DNA from: Parasediminibacterium paludis
GTDB lineage: Bacteria > Bacteroidota > Bacteroidia > Chitinophagales > Chitinophagaceae
NCBI RefSeq assembly: GCF_042651445.1
Contig: NZ_JBHSDC010000002.1
Span: 679,148 to 703,147 of the forward strand
DNA: 24,000 bases
Direction: 5' to 3'
Positions 1 to 9,671 of this stretch are shown piece after piece (position 1 is the first letter of the stretch; the number at the start of each line of letters is the position of its first letter). A model generated the notes under the pieces. That model did no database searches. It was not told the origin of the DNA and was given only the letters and a program-made list of their open reading frames with translations. Both the position numbers and the translations under genes were made by a program.

Positions 1-1822
1 CCATTCTAGCGATTACTTTTTTGCCAGTTTCGGCTACAAAACCCAATTCACGTTCACCTTTGGCTCTTTCTGCTGTTTCAAGTGTATTTTCTATATTGGT
101 GTGAAAGGGCTTATAAAAACCATCAATCATATTGCTCCAAATAATTTTGCCTTCGGCTATTTGGTCAAATTCTTCTTCAATTTTAGCAGTAAAGCTAAAA
201 TCCATTACTTTTTTAAAATGTTGATTCAAAAAATCAGTAACTACCAAACCCAAATCTGTTGGAAATAACTTCGCTTTTTCGGCACCAGTATTTTCCATTA
301 ACATCGATTTTTCAATCTCGTTGTTGGCTGTTAGGCGCAAAATATTTACCTGTCTTTTTACACCATCTTTATCACGTTTTTCAACATAATTTCTTTTAAT
401 AATGGTTGTAATAGTAGGCGCATAAGTAGAAGGACGACCAATACCTAATTCTTCCATTTTTTTCACCAAAGAAGCCTCGGTATATCTTGCTGCTGCTCTA
501 GTAAATTTCTCAGTCGCAGTCATCTCTTTAAAGTCTAATACCTGCCCAATACTTAAAGGCGGCAACATTCCTTCAGTATCTTCTTCGTCTTCATCATCAC
601 GGCCTTCCAAATATACTTTTAAGAAACCGTCAAACTTCATTACTTCACCAGTCGCAGCAAGTTGTTCTTTATTGGTAGAAATATTGATTTTGGCAGTTGT
701 TTTTTCAAATTCTGCATCACTCATTTGCGAAGCGATGGTACGTTTCCAAATTAACTCGTACAAACGTCTACCATCTTCATCTGCAACTGTGTGGTGGCTC
801 ATGTAAGTAGGGCGAATGGCTTCGTGGGCTTCTTGAGCGCTTTCGTTTTTATTTTTAAACTTACGTGGCTGATGGTATTTATTGCCAAATGCTGTGTTAA
901 TTTCTTTACTAATATCTGCTAATGCAGTGTCGCTTAAATTAAAGCTATCGGTACGCATATAAGTGATATGACCATGCTCGTACAATTTTTGTGCAATCAA
1001 CATGGTCTTACTCACGCCATAACCTAACTTTCTAGAAGCTTCTTGCTGTAGGGTAGAAGTGGTGAAAGGCGCTGCTGGTGTGCGTTTGGCTGGTTTTACT
1101 TCAATAGAAGCAACCGTGTAGTTGGCATTAATACAAGTGTTTAAAAATTGTTGTGCATTTTGTAAGGTTGCTACTTTTGATGGGCCTTCTGCTTTAAAGG
1201 TTACAGGCTTGTTGTTAATGTCTTTTGCCGCAAAAAATGCCTCTACTTTATAGCTACTTTCTGGTACAAAATGGTTAATTTCTCTTTCTCTATCTACAAT
1301 TAATCTTACTGCTACGCTTTGTACACGGCCAGCGCTTAAACTTGGTTGCACTTTTTTCCATAACACAGGACTCAATTCAAACCCAACCAATCTATCTAAT
1401 ACACGACGCGCTTGCTGTGCATTTACCAAATCCATATTTATTTTTCGTGGATTGGCAACCGCTTTTTTGATGGCTGGCGCAGTAATTTCATGAAATACAA
1501 TGCGTTTTGTTTCTTTTGGATCTAGGCCTAAAACTTCCGCTAAATGCCAGCTAATGCTTTCACCTTCGCGGTCCTCATCGGATGCCAACCAAACTTCTTT
1601 CGATTTTTTTGCAAGGCTTTTTAATTCGCTTACTACCTTTAATTTGTCTTCTGGTACTTTGTAACGAGGTAGATAATGATTGTTTAAATCAATGCCCATA
1701 TCATCTTTTTCAAGGTCGCGAATGTGGCCGTAGCAGCTACGTACATCAAAGTCGTTACCTAAGATTTTTTCTATGGTTTTAGCCTTTGCAGGCGACTCTA
1801 CAATTAATAAATTCTTGCTCAT
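1..1822 (-). CDS. topA: DNA topoisomerase I (type IA), N-terminal ~607 codons; the C-terminus lies beyond the window start
   Basis: Absent from the ORF track because the ORF runs off the window edge. Reverse-complement translation from the ATG (complement of 1820-1822) reads MSKNLLIVESPAKAKTIEKILGNDFDVRSCYGHIRDL...VWLASDEDREGESISWH (TOPRIM motifs). Further in it reads ...EHGHITYMRTDS, the type IA active-site Tyr region (complement of ~940-975). Confidence 0.93.
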   Translation of the reverse strand, partial: MSKNLLIVESPAKAKTIEKILGNDFDVRSCYGHIRDLEKDDMGIDLNNHYLPRYKVPEDKLKVVSELKSLAKKSKEVWLASDEDREGESISWHLAEVLGLDPKETKRIVFHEITAPAIKKAVANPRKINMDLVNAQQARRVLDRLVGFELSPVLWKKVQPSLSAGRVQSVAVRLIVDREREINHFVPESSYKVEAFFAAKDINNKPVTFKAEGPSKVATLQNAQQFLNTCINANYTVASIEVKPAKRTPAAPFTTSTLQQEASRKLGYGVSKTMLIAQKLYEHGHITYMRTDSFNLSDTALADISKEINTAFGNKYHQPRKFKNKNESAQEAHEAIRPTYMSHHTVADEDGRRLYELIWKRTIASQMSDAEFEKTTAKINISTNKEQLAATGEVMKFDGFLKVYLEGRDDEDEEDTEGMLPPLSIGQVLDFKEMTATEKFTRAAARYTEASLVKKMEELGIGRPSTYAPTITTIIKRNYVEKRDKDGVKRQVNILRLTANNEIEKSMLMENTGAEKAKLFPTDLGLVVTDFLNQHFKKVMDFSFTAKIEEEFDQIAEGKIIWSNMIDGFYKPFHTNIENTLETAERAKGERELGFVAETGKKVIARM

Positions 1823-2111
1823 AATGTCTGAACCTTGATTGATATGACTTGCTTAATTGACGGCAAAAGCTGCAAATGGTTGTATAGGTTGCAATGTGCA
1901 AAGCAACTGCAGTTCAATAGGCATTCAACTGCTCATTACAAACCATTTTTTTCAACTTGCCTCCCTAATAACACGCAAATCTATACTCAGGTTGATGCAA
2001 TATTAGTTTAATAGTCGAAAACACAAAAAATGTTAAGAAAATGTATAGGTTTTTGAATTTTATTTTTTGGCACGCATTTGGGATTATGAAAAGTAACTAA
2101 AACGTTATACC

Positions 2112-2597
2112 ATGAAAAAGATGATGACAATTGCCGCAATTATAACTGTTATATTCACTTCATTACATGTAAATGCTCAACGCGGATATGAGCGTGATAG
2201 AAGAGGCGATGACAGACGTGATTTTAGAGAATATAGAGATAATAGATTTGACGATAGAAGAGAAAGACGTGACTTTTATAATGATAGCAGATATGTATAC
2301 AGAGCGCCAGAGCGCAGAAGTTATTACTATTACCCTCAGGCAAATGTGTATTTTAACCCAATTGCACACAACTACTGTTATGCTAGAAATGGTGCTTGGA
2401 TAACTGTTAATACCTTGCCTAGAGATATTTATTTAGATCAAAATTATCAAGAAGTGTATTGTAACGATAACGAAGACATCTGGGCTTATAATCGTGCACA
2501 CATTGATTGTTACAGACCTGCACCAAGACCTATATATGTGGCGCAACCAATAAGACCAAGAGTAGCAGTAGGCATTAATTTCGGAGTAAGATTTTAA
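2112..2597 (+). CDS. Exported hypothetical protein with an Arg/Asp-rich low-complexity N-terminal region
   Basis: ATG ORF of 161 aa. N-terminal signal-like segment MKKMMTIAAIITVIFTSLHVNAQ, then RGYERDRRGDDRRDFREYRDNRFDDRRERRDF, then a Tyr/Pro-rich C-terminal half. No family recognised. Confidence 0.7.
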   Translation: MKKMMTIAAIITVIFTSLHVNAQRGYERDRRGDDRRDFREYRDNRFDDRRERRDFYNDSRYVYRAPERRSYYYYPQANVYFNPIAHNYCYARNGAWITVNTLPRDIYLDQNYQEVYCNDNEDIWAYNRAHIDCYRPAPRPIYVAQPIRPRVAVGINFGVRF

Positions 2598-2621
2598 ACT
2601 ATTATTCCTCTACATATAACA

Positions 2622-2648
2622 AAATGGCGGCTATAAAAGCCGCCATTT
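2622..2648. terminator. Bidirectional hairpin terminator between convergent genes
   Basis: AAATGGCGGC (2622-2631) pairs perfectly with GCCGCCATTT (2639-2648) across a 7-nt loop. A/T runs lie on both sides. It sits between the stops at 2597 (+) and 2650 (-). Confidence 0.75.
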
Positions 2649-2649
2649 C

Positions 2650-3501
2650 TCATTTTTTTAAGAAGTTGATAATGGTTTTCACCGTTTTTCCTTCTCTGTA
2701 AATTTTGCTATGGCCTAAGCCGGTGGTGATGTAAAATTCAATATGTGGCAAATTGAGCGCTTGTACAGGTTTTACATCTTCAAAAGTACAAATGGCATCT
2801 TCTGTATCATGTAACCAAAGGGTTGGTATATGAAATTTTTGCACAGCTGTACTTGTGGCAAAATAACTAATCGGCTGTTTCGAAAAATCAACAATATAAT
2901 CTGTTAATGCTTGTTTCATATCATTACCCAATCCTAAAAATTTAATAAATCCCTTAATTGCCGTGGTCGTTTCTACGGCAGGAGCAATCAAAACAAGCTT
3001 TTCTAGACTTGGTAAATGTTCTGCGGCTAGTGAAGCAGCCAAGCCACCAATGCTATGAGCCATAATGCCATATAATGGTCCAAAAATTTTGTTAAATTCA
3101 AGCATCGATTGGCTATAAAATAAAGCGTTGATAGTTTTTCCATCACTAATGCCGTGGCCAGGTGCATCGTAGGCAAATACCTCAAAGCCAGCTTTTAACA
3201 TGGGATGAATGTATTTCTCAAAGCGATAACTAAAACTATCGAAACCATGATTAATTAATATTTTTTTACCATTTGGCTCTTTGGGTTGCCAATGCCAACC
3301 ACGCAGGGTTAAACCTTCAAATTGAAAACTTATTTTTTCAGCCTCTAGAAAAGAAGTTGGTTCTGGCCTTACGGGTTTGCCACTATAAGGTGTACAGAAA
3401 ATTTTAAACGCATATTCAGCCGCTTTTCTTGGCGAGATAAGCGCTAAAGTTGTAATCTTTGTTTTGTAGTAGTTGATGGCTATTGATTGAGCTAACTTCA
3501 T
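2650..3501 (-). CDS. Alpha/beta-fold hydrolase
   Basis: 283 aa with an HGFDS oxyanion-type motif, an AHSIGG nucleophile elbow, a later HDTEDAI acid and a GLGHS histidine. Order and spacing are typical of alpha/beta hydrolases. Confidence 0.85.
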   Translation of the reverse strand: MKLAQSIAINYYKTKITTLALISPRKAAEYAFKIFCTPYSGKPVRPEPTSFLEAEKISFQFEGLTLRGWHWQPKEPNGKKILINHGFDSFSYRFEKYIHPMLKAGFEVFAYDAPGHGISDGKTINALFYSQSMLEFNKIFGPLYGIMAHSIGGLAASLAAEHLPSLEKLVLIAPAVETTTAIKGFIKFLGLGNDMKQALTDYIVDFSKQPISYFATSTAVQKFHIPTLWLHDTEDAICTFEDVKPVQALNLPHIEFYITTGLGHSKIYREGKTVKTIINFLKK

Positions 3502-3547
3502 TTACCAGCTTTAAGTTGTTACACTTTGTTGTTTTAAATTCAAATAT

Positions 3548-4303
3548 ATGAACGTTGTGATGATTGGTACGGGTAATGTGGCAACAGTTTTATGCAAATT
3601 AATGTACCACAAAGGACACCACATTAAACAAATTGTGGGAAGAGATGCAGAAAAAGTACAACAACTTGCATCCCTTATGCAAGCTGAAAGCTGCACCAAT
3701 GTTGTTGAAATTTGCCCTGATGCTAACATTTATATCATTGCAGTAGCGGATGATGCAGTGACAGATGTTGTAAATACGTTATATCTGCAAGATAAATTAG
3801 TGGTGCATACAGCTGGTTCGCTAAATAAACATGTTTTGCAACAAGCAAGTAGCAACTATGGTGTACTATGGCCGTTGCAAACATTACGAAAAGAAACCAA
3901 CCATTTGCCCGAAATCCCATTTATTATTGATGGTAACAGCGATTTGGTGATTAATAGATTGCAAGCATTTGCAGAAACTTTATCTAACAAATGCTTTGTA
4001 GCCAATGATGAAGCAAGAATTCAGTTACACTTAGGCGCGGTGGTGGTATCTAATTTTACCAACCATCTATTTGCACTAGTAGCTGAATTTTACCAAAAAG
4101 AACAGCTAGATTTTAAACTGTTATTGCCTTTAATGAATGAAACTGTATCGCGATTGGCAAATCATGCACCAAAAGATGTACAAACAGGTCCTGCCGCAAG
4201 AGGTGATTTTGAAACGGTACAGAAACATATAGCATTACTGCACGATTATCCCCAATTGCAAGCGTTTTACGAAGCATTTTCTAACAGTATAGTCCACAAA
4301 TAA
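3548..4303 (+). CDS. Rossmann-like / DUF2520 domain protein
   Basis: 251 aa. N-terminal VVMIGTGNVA dinucleotide-binding loop. C-terminal LHLGAVVVSNFTNHL ... TGPAARGD motifs, as remembered for DUF2520 proteins of Bacteroidota. Confidence 0.75.
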   Translation: MNVVMIGTGNVATVLCKLMYHKGHHIKQIVGRDAEKVQQLASLMQAESCTNVVEICPDANIYIIAVADDAVTDVVNTLYLQDKLVVHTAGSLNKHVLQQASSNYGVLWPLQTLRKETNHLPEIPFIIDGNSDLVINRLQAFAETLSNKCFVANDEARIQLHLGAVVVSNFTNHLFALVAEFYQKEQLDFKLLLPLMNETVSRLANHAPKDVQTGPAARGDFETVQKHIALLHDYPQLQAFYEAFSNSIVHK

Positions 4304-4627
4304 AAAGCCCCAAAAGGAGAACCAATCGGGGATTATTTATAAGCAAGCAACCAAAAAAACAATGCATATTAAAAGTCCATCCTCGTTTCGATAGACTAAG
4401 TTTTCATATTTAAGCAGCCTTAGAGGTCTAACAAAACAAACTTGCGTTTGTGAGAATTGGGTATTCTATGCAAACGCTTGCACAAAGTAGATATCTTTTT
4501 TGAATTGTGAAAAGAAATTTAATTTTTAAGCTAAAATTAAGGTTGGGCAGATTAAAATTTCTCATTCCGACTTTTATAGGCTTTTATTATACACTTGTTT
4601 CAGATACTTTTGCATGCCAAAACAAAA

Positions 4628-4969
4628 ATGATGTACACGATTAATATTCAATTTGAAGAGAAAGGTAAACAGCCACAAACCCTGACCAATATTGGGTTTG
4701 GTGAAAGTTTATTAGAAGTGTTATTAGACAATAAAATTGAACTTCACCATAATTGTGGCGGTGTTTGTGCGTGCAGCACTTGCCACCTCTATGTAGAAAA
4801 AGGTGAGGAATTTATAGAAGAATTATCTGATAGAGAAGAAGATTTTATTGATAGAGCCATTAACCCACGTTTAACGAGTCGCCTTGGCTGTCAATGTGTG
4901 TTGCACCAAAGCGCTGGTGGTGAAATTAATATTACCTTACCAGACCAAACCCAATTTTTAGGCGAGTAA
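4628..4969 (+). CDS. fdx: 2Fe-2S ferredoxin, ISC (Fdx/adrenodoxin) type
   Basis: Cys pattern C-x5-C-x2-C (CGGVCACSTCH) plus a distal Cys in SRLGCQC. Alignable by eye to E. coli Fdx. The start is moved from the track's TTG (4595) to the ATG at 4628 (MMYTINIQF...). Confidence 0.88.
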   Translation: MMYTINIQFEEKGKQPQTLTNIGFGESLLEVLLDNKIELHHNCGGVCACSTCHLYVEKGEEFIEELSDREEDFIDRAINPRLTSRLGCQCVLHQSAGGEINITLPDQTQFLGE

Positions 4970-5010
4970 ATAGTTTTACTTATTATATACTTTAAACTAA
5001 AAACTAATAT

Positions 5011-5250
5011 ATGAGTCACTTTGAACCACCAATACATTGGAATGATCATGAAGATATAGCGATGAAACTATATGAAAAATTTGGTGATGATTTCGGAGAA
5101 AGTAAAATATATCGTATCCGTTTTACGGACTTGCTAGAATGGATTTTACAAATACCAAACTTTGAAGGCACAAGAGAACAAAGTACTGAAGGGCATTTAG
5201 AAATGATTCAAAGCAAATGGGTGTACGAGTGGCGCGACAACCAGAAATAA
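5011..5250 (+). CDS. iscX: Fe-S cluster assembly protein IscX (YfhJ family)
   Basis: 79 aa. W-D..EDIA..LY ... RFTDLLEWI ... EGHLEMIQSKW matches the conserved skeleton of E. coli IscX (WTDSREIGEALY...RFTDMHQWI...EKILEAILLVW). It lies directly downstream of fdx, as in isc operons. Confidence 0.82.
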   Translation: MSHFEPPIHWNDHEDIAMKLYEKFGDDFGESKIYRIRFTDLLEWILQIPNFEGTREQSTEGHLEMIQSKWVYEWRDNQK

Positions 5251-5327
5251 GCAATGATAACATGAACTTATCACGCTAGTGGATAAGTATAACTGCGCAA
5301 ATTGTATATTGCTACAAATAAATTTTC

Positions 5328-6248
5328 GTGACTAAAATTAATGCCTTTCTTAAGTTAATTCGTTGGGGCAATGTACTCATCATTGCATTAACACAGTGCT
5401 TGTTTTTTTATTGTATTAAGTTGCCATTATACCGATCAAATGATGTTGCGAAAGCAGAGCAACAGTTCTTATTTTTGTTAGCTGCTTATGCTTGTATTTC
5501 TGCTGCAGGCTACATCATTAACGATTATTTTGACCTTAATATCGACCAAATCAACAAGCCAAAAAGGGTTATTATTAATCGCTTTATTTCAAGGCGTTGG
5601 GCTTTATTTTTACATGTTGGATTAAGTATTGTGGGCATTGGATTATGTACTAAAGTAAATATAGAAAATTGCTTATTAGCATTTGCATCTGTGGTTGTTT
5701 TGTTTGCCTATTCTGCTACATTTAAAAAGAAGTTTTTAATTGGCAACGTACTGGTAGCCATTTATTTAGCTTGGATTGTGGCCATTACAGCTTACTTCGA
5801 TTTTAGGGGTATGTTATTGCATAAAATTATTAGTGGTAACAACTTTGATATTCTATTTAATAGTGCACTAATTTTTGTTGCTTTCTCATTCATTATCAAT
5901 TTGATACGAGAGATTATCAAGGATATGGAAGATGTAGAAGGTGATAGAAAATATGGTTGCAAAACAATGCCTATCAGTTGGGGCATCAATCCATCAAAAG
6001 TGTTTGTGGCAGTATGGTTAACGGTGCTTATTGCCCTATTAATTACTGTGCTAATATATGCTGTACGATTGCACTGGTGGTGGCCAATTGTCTATGGGCT
6101 TCTATTGGTATTATTGCCTATTACCTGGATTTTTAAGCAGTTATTTTCAGCACAAACACCTGAGGATTTTCACAAACTCAGCTCTGCTATAAAATGGGTA
6201 ATGCTTACAGGCGTTTTATCAATGGGGCTTTTTAAATTATACCTGTAA
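5328..6248 (+). CDS. UbiA-family membrane prenyltransferase
   Basis: 306 aa and polytopic hydrophobic. It has both Asp-rich motifs (NDYFDLNID and DMEDVEGD). GTG start as in the ORF track; the substrate is not assignable. Confidence 0.85.
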   Translation: MTKINAFLKLIRWGNVLIIALTQCLFFYCIKLPLYRSNDVAKAEQQFLFLLAAYACISAAGYIINDYFDLNIDQINKPKRVIINRFISRRWALFLHVGLSIVGIGLCTKVNIENCLLAFASVVVLFAYSATFKKKFLIGNVLVAIYLAWIVAITAYFDFRGMLLHKIISGNNFDILFNSALIFVAFSFIINLIREIIKDMEDVEGDRKYGCKTMPISWGINPSKVFVAVWLTVLIALLITVLIYAVRLHWWWPIVYGLLLVLLPITWIFKQLFSAQTPEDFHKLSSAIKWVMLTGVLSMGLFKLYL

Positions 6249-6258
6249 TACGCACTTT

Positions 6259-6846
6259 ATGTCATCAATTATACTTGCATCACAATCGCCTCGTAGAAAA
6301 CAATTACTAGAATGGGCTGAAATAGACTTTGAAGTAATTGTAAAAGCTACAGACGAAGTTTACCCGCCAAATTTATCAGTGGAGGATGTACCAGTGTATA
6401 TTGCAAGAGAAAAAGCATTGGCCGTACAAACTTTTGCGCAAACGGTTTATCATGCAGAACATCGAAAAGAAATCATTATTGCCGCTGATACAGTGGTGGT
6501 TTTGGACGATAGAATTATTGGCAAGCCAGCCGATAGGCAAGAAGCCATTGCAACGCTTACAAGCTTATCAGGGAAAGCGCATCGTGTTATTACAGGCGTG
6601 GTTATCTTAGAAGGTAAAAAAGAAATTGCCTTTGCTGATATTACAAAGGTTTGGTTTCACGAGCTAACGCAAGCTCAAATTGAGTTTTATATTGATAAAT
6701 ACCAACCTTACGATAAAGCTGGTGCCTATGGTATTCAAGATTGGATTGGTGTGGTTGGCATAAAAGCTATTGAAGGCGATTTTTATAACGTAATGGGCTT
6801 GCCTATAAGTAGGGTAGTGCAACAATTACAGTTATTAAAAAATTAA
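6259..6846 (+). CDS. maf: Maf-like nucleoside triphosphate pyrophosphatase
   Basis: 195 aa with ILASQSPRRKQLL at the N-terminus and YDKAGAYGIQ near the C-terminus, the hallmark Maf motifs. Confidence 0.9.
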   Translation: MSSIILASQSPRRKQLLEWAEIDFEVIVKATDEVYPPNLSVEDVPVYIAREKALAVQTFAQTVYHAEHRKEIIIAADTVVVLDDRIIGKPADRQEAIATLTSLSGKAHRVITGVVILEGKKEIAFADITKVWFHELTQAQIEFYIDKYQPYDKAGAYGIQDWIGVVGIKAIEGDFYNVMGLPISRVVQQLQLLKN

Positions 6847-6905
6847 TATAGTAGTTTATATTTTCATTAGTTTAGCTGCTTATTTGTTAGCTCAACTATT
6901 GGTAT

Positions 6906-8180
6906 ATGAACGAAAAATTATTACAATTCATCTGGCAATTTCAATATTATAACCGTCAAGAATTAACTACAACTATTGGTGAAAGCCTTTCAATTGTTGC
7001 CCCTGGCAAGCATAATCTTAACCAAGGGCCCGATTTTTTAGATGCCTGTATTCAAATAAATAACTTACGTTTTGCTGGCAATATTGAATTGCATGTTAAA
7101 GCATCTGATTGGTATAAACATCACCATCAAATAGACGTTACATATAATAATGTGATACTACATGTAGTTTGGGAAAATGATGCTGCTATTACCACTGAAA
7201 ACGGCACATCGTTACCAACGTTGGTATTGCACGATAGAGTACCCAAAGTGTTGCTAGAACGATATACACAACTGATGCAAGCTGCTAATATTCCTTGTCA
7301 TGGCAATGTTGCTCCTAGGTTAAGTGAGCTTGGTTGGCATGCTTGGAAAGAACGTTTGGTAGCCGAACGGCTAGAACGAAAATCCAAAAAGATTTTGGCA
7401 TATTTAGAAGCTACCAAGCAACATTGGGAAGAAGTATTCTGGATAATGCTTGCGGGCAATTTTGGTATTAAGGTAAATACAGAATTGTTTGAAGCGATGG
7501 CGCAGACTATTTCTGTAAATATTTTGGCAAAGCATAAGCACCAAATACACCAAATAGAAGCGCTATTACTAGGGCAAGCTAATTTATTAAATGGCTCTTA
7601 TTCAGACCATTATGCTATTTTGTTACAAAAAGAGTATCGCTTTCTTCAGAAAAAATACCAGCTTCAACCCGTATCTATTCAGCCTAATTTTTTACGAATG
7701 CGGCCAGCTAATTTTCCAACAATTCGATTGGCGCAATTAGCGATGTTGATAGTGCATTCTGTGCATTTGTTTTCAAAGATTAAAGAGCAAAATGATGTAG
7801 CATCAGTAAAGCAACTGTTTAATGTAACTGCCAACGATTATTGGCACACGCATTATCAATTTGATACCGAAAGTGATTATTTAGAGAAAAAACTTGGCGC
7901 TACTGCCATCGATAATGTGTTGATTAACACGGTTATTCCTGTGCTATTTGCTTACGGGATGCACATGCAAGACGAAGCTATCAAAGAAAAAGCCATCAAG
8001 TGGTTGATGGCTGTAAAAAAAGAAAATAATACGATTATAAAGCAATGGCAACAAATACATGTTGCGATTGCTTCTGCCTTTGATAGCCAAGCATTGATAG
8101 AATTAACAAATAATTATTGCACTCAAAAACGCTGTTTAGAATGCGCTGTAGGCAATAGTATTTTTAAAAATGTAGAATGA
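6906..8180 (+). CDS. DUF2851 family protein
   Basis: 424 aa. The N-terminus MNEKLLQFIWQFQYYN...GPDFLDA...IELHVKASDWYKHHH is the characteristic DUF2851 opening, recalled from Bacteroidota annotations. Confidence 0.78.
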   Translation: MNEKLLQFIWQFQYYNRQELTTTIGESLSIVAPGKHNLNQGPDFLDACIQINNLRFAGNIELHVKASDWYKHHHQIDVTYNNVILHVVWENDAAITTENGTSLPTLVLHDRVPKVLLERYTQLMQAANIPCHGNVAPRLSELGWHAWKERLVAERLERKSKKILAYLEATKQHWEEVFWIMLAGNFGIKVNTELFEAMAQTISVNILAKHKHQIHQIEALLLGQANLLNGSYSDHYAILLQKEYRFLQKKYQLQPVSIQPNFLRMRPANFPTIRLAQLAMLIVHSVHLFSKIKEQNDVASVKQLFNVTANDYWHTHYQFDTESDYLEKKLGATAIDNVLINTVIPVLFAYGMHMQDEAIKEKAIKWLMAVKKENNTIIKQWQQIHVAIASAFDSQALIELTNNYCTQKRCLECAVGNSIFKNVE

Positions 8181-8252
8181 CCACTAAACGGTTTGGTGGT
8201 TAATTTGTTAAATAGCTACAATTTAACAATTAAGCACGTAAACCATTAAATG

Positions 8253-8657
8253 CTACCACTCAAAAGTGATGTCTAGTTCCATATCTGGGTGTAAACTTCT
8301 TTCTACTGGGCAAGTACGTGCTACACGTTCTAGTATTTCTTTGGTTTTATCATCTAAATTTAAAGATTTAGACATGGTTACATGTGCTTTTATGCCCCCA
8401 ATTCTACGTGGGTCAGCCTTCATAATTTTCGTGATGTCTACCTTTGAGTCGGTAAGGTCAATATCCATGGAATTAGCTTTAATACCCATAGTAGTAAGCA
8501 TGCAACTACCCAAAGCAGTAGCTACCATATCTGTAGGGCTAAAACGTTCGCCTTTACCCATATTATCGGTCGGGGCATCGTTTTCTATCACTGAAGTACT
8601 CTGTAAGTGTGTCATCTCTGTTCTTAACGCACCTTTATAAATTACGGTTGATGTCAT
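8253..8657 (-). CDS. OsmC/Ohr family peroxiredoxin-like protein
   Basis: 134 aa with two conserved Cys contexts (LGSCMLTTM and ARTCPVERSL) at OsmC-family spacing. Confidence 0.85.
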   Translation of the reverse strand: MTSTVIYKGALRTEMTHLQSTSVIENDAPTDNMGKGERFSPTDMVATALGSCMLTTMGIKANSMDIDLTDSKVDITKIMKADPRRIGGIKAHVTMSKSLNLDDKTKEILERVARTCPVERSLHPDMELDITFEW

Positions 8658-8694
8658 TTGACTAGATTTTATATAAATTTACAAACACAAATAT

Positions 8695-9531
8695 ATGCAC
8701 GTGAAGAAGATAATTGTAATGACCATGATCTGTTTGCCGTTTTTAGTAGCAGCACAGCAAAATAAGGCACAGGAAAGACAGCAAAAAGCCGCCGAAAAAA
8801 AAGCAAAAATTGAACAATTAATCAAACAAGAAGAGGAAGGCGCATTGGTATTTCAAAAGCAAAGCACTTTTGGTTTAAACTTTAATAGCGATGGGTTTGG
8901 ATTTACTTACGAGCATGGTAAGTACAAAACTATCAAAAAAACCAACCTTTGGTGGCTTTCTTTAGGTGAGCGTAAAGACCCTAAACAGTATAAGCAAACT
9001 AACACATTTACAGGCGGTGGTGGAGCGGTTGTTTTCTTCGGTAACTCTTATGTATATGGCAAGCAAAATAACTTTTACTACCTACGTTTAGGTTTTGGTC
9101 AGCAAAAATTGCTTGGCGCAAAAGGCAGCAAAAACGGTGTGGCAGTGTCTGCTATTTATGGTGGTGGCTTAAGTCTTGGAATGTTAAAGCCCTATTATGT
9201 ACAAGTTCCAGACAATTCAGCGCAAGGAACTGGTACAAAAGATATCAAATACACCGATTCTACAGCATCGACTTTCTTAGATCCTACAGCCATTATAGGC
9301 GGTAGCGGTTTTGGAAAAGGTTTGGGCGAGATAAAATTTGTACCTGGCGCCACCACAAGGGTAGCACTTCGTTTTGATTATGGCAGATTTCGAGAAACTA
9401 TTAGTGCACTTGAAGTAGGTATAAATGCTGAATTCTATAGTCAGGCAATGCCTATTTTAGTAGGTGTCAATGACCAAAAGAAGTTTTTCTTCAATGGCTA
9501 TATTGCCTTACAATTTGGTAGAAGAAAATAG
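8695..9531 (+). CDS. Exported hypothetical protein (possible outer-membrane beta-rich protein)
   Basis: 278 aa. Signal-like N-terminus (MTMICLPFLVAAQQ), a Lys/Glu/Gln-rich linker, then a Gly/aromatic-rich alternating sequence. No family recognised. Confidence 0.7.
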   Translation: MHVKKIIVMTMICLPFLVAAQQNKAQERQQKAAEKKAKIEQLIKQEEEGALVFQKQSTFGLNFNSDGFGFTYEHGKYKTIKKTNLWWLSLGERKDPKQYKQTNTFTGGGGAVVFFGNSYVYGKQNNFYYLRLGFGQQKLLGAKGSKNGVAVSAIYGGGLSLGMLKPYYVQVPDNSAQGTGTKDIKYTDSTASTFLDPTAIIGGSGFGKGLGEIKFVPGATTRVALRFDYGRFRETISALEVGINAEFYSQAMPILVGVNDQKKFFFNGYIALQFGRRK

Positions 9532-9671
9532 TTTTTAATTACTATATTAAGGAAATCATACTTACTAATCAGTAATAGGTTAATTTCCTATCAGTTTACA
9601 TATGTTTTAGCATCATCAGCCAAGCATTATTGTATCAAGTCATCGCTTAAATAGGCTGAGACATTTTCATT

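Noticed and set aside
1582-1782. 66-aa plus-strand ORF
   Set aside because: It lies antisense within the topA N-terminal coding region, whose translation is a clear TOPRIM domain.
2163-2403. Track ORFs 2163..2369(-) and 2173..2403(+)
   Set aside because: Both are nested in the 2112..2597 ORF. Only the 2112 frame has a signal peptide and a sensible start context followed by a terminator.
4304-4627. Long spacer upstream of fdx as a possible riboswitch or ncRNA
   Set aside because: Only weak, short inverted repeats are present (for example GCGTTTG/CAAACGC around 4445-4485). It bears no resemblance to any RNA family I can recognise, which is insufficient evidence to call a feature.
8266-8640. 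124-aa plus-strand ORF
   Set aside because: It almost exactly mirrors the OsmC-family gene on the other strand. The minus-strand product has recognisable family motifs and the plus-strand one has none.
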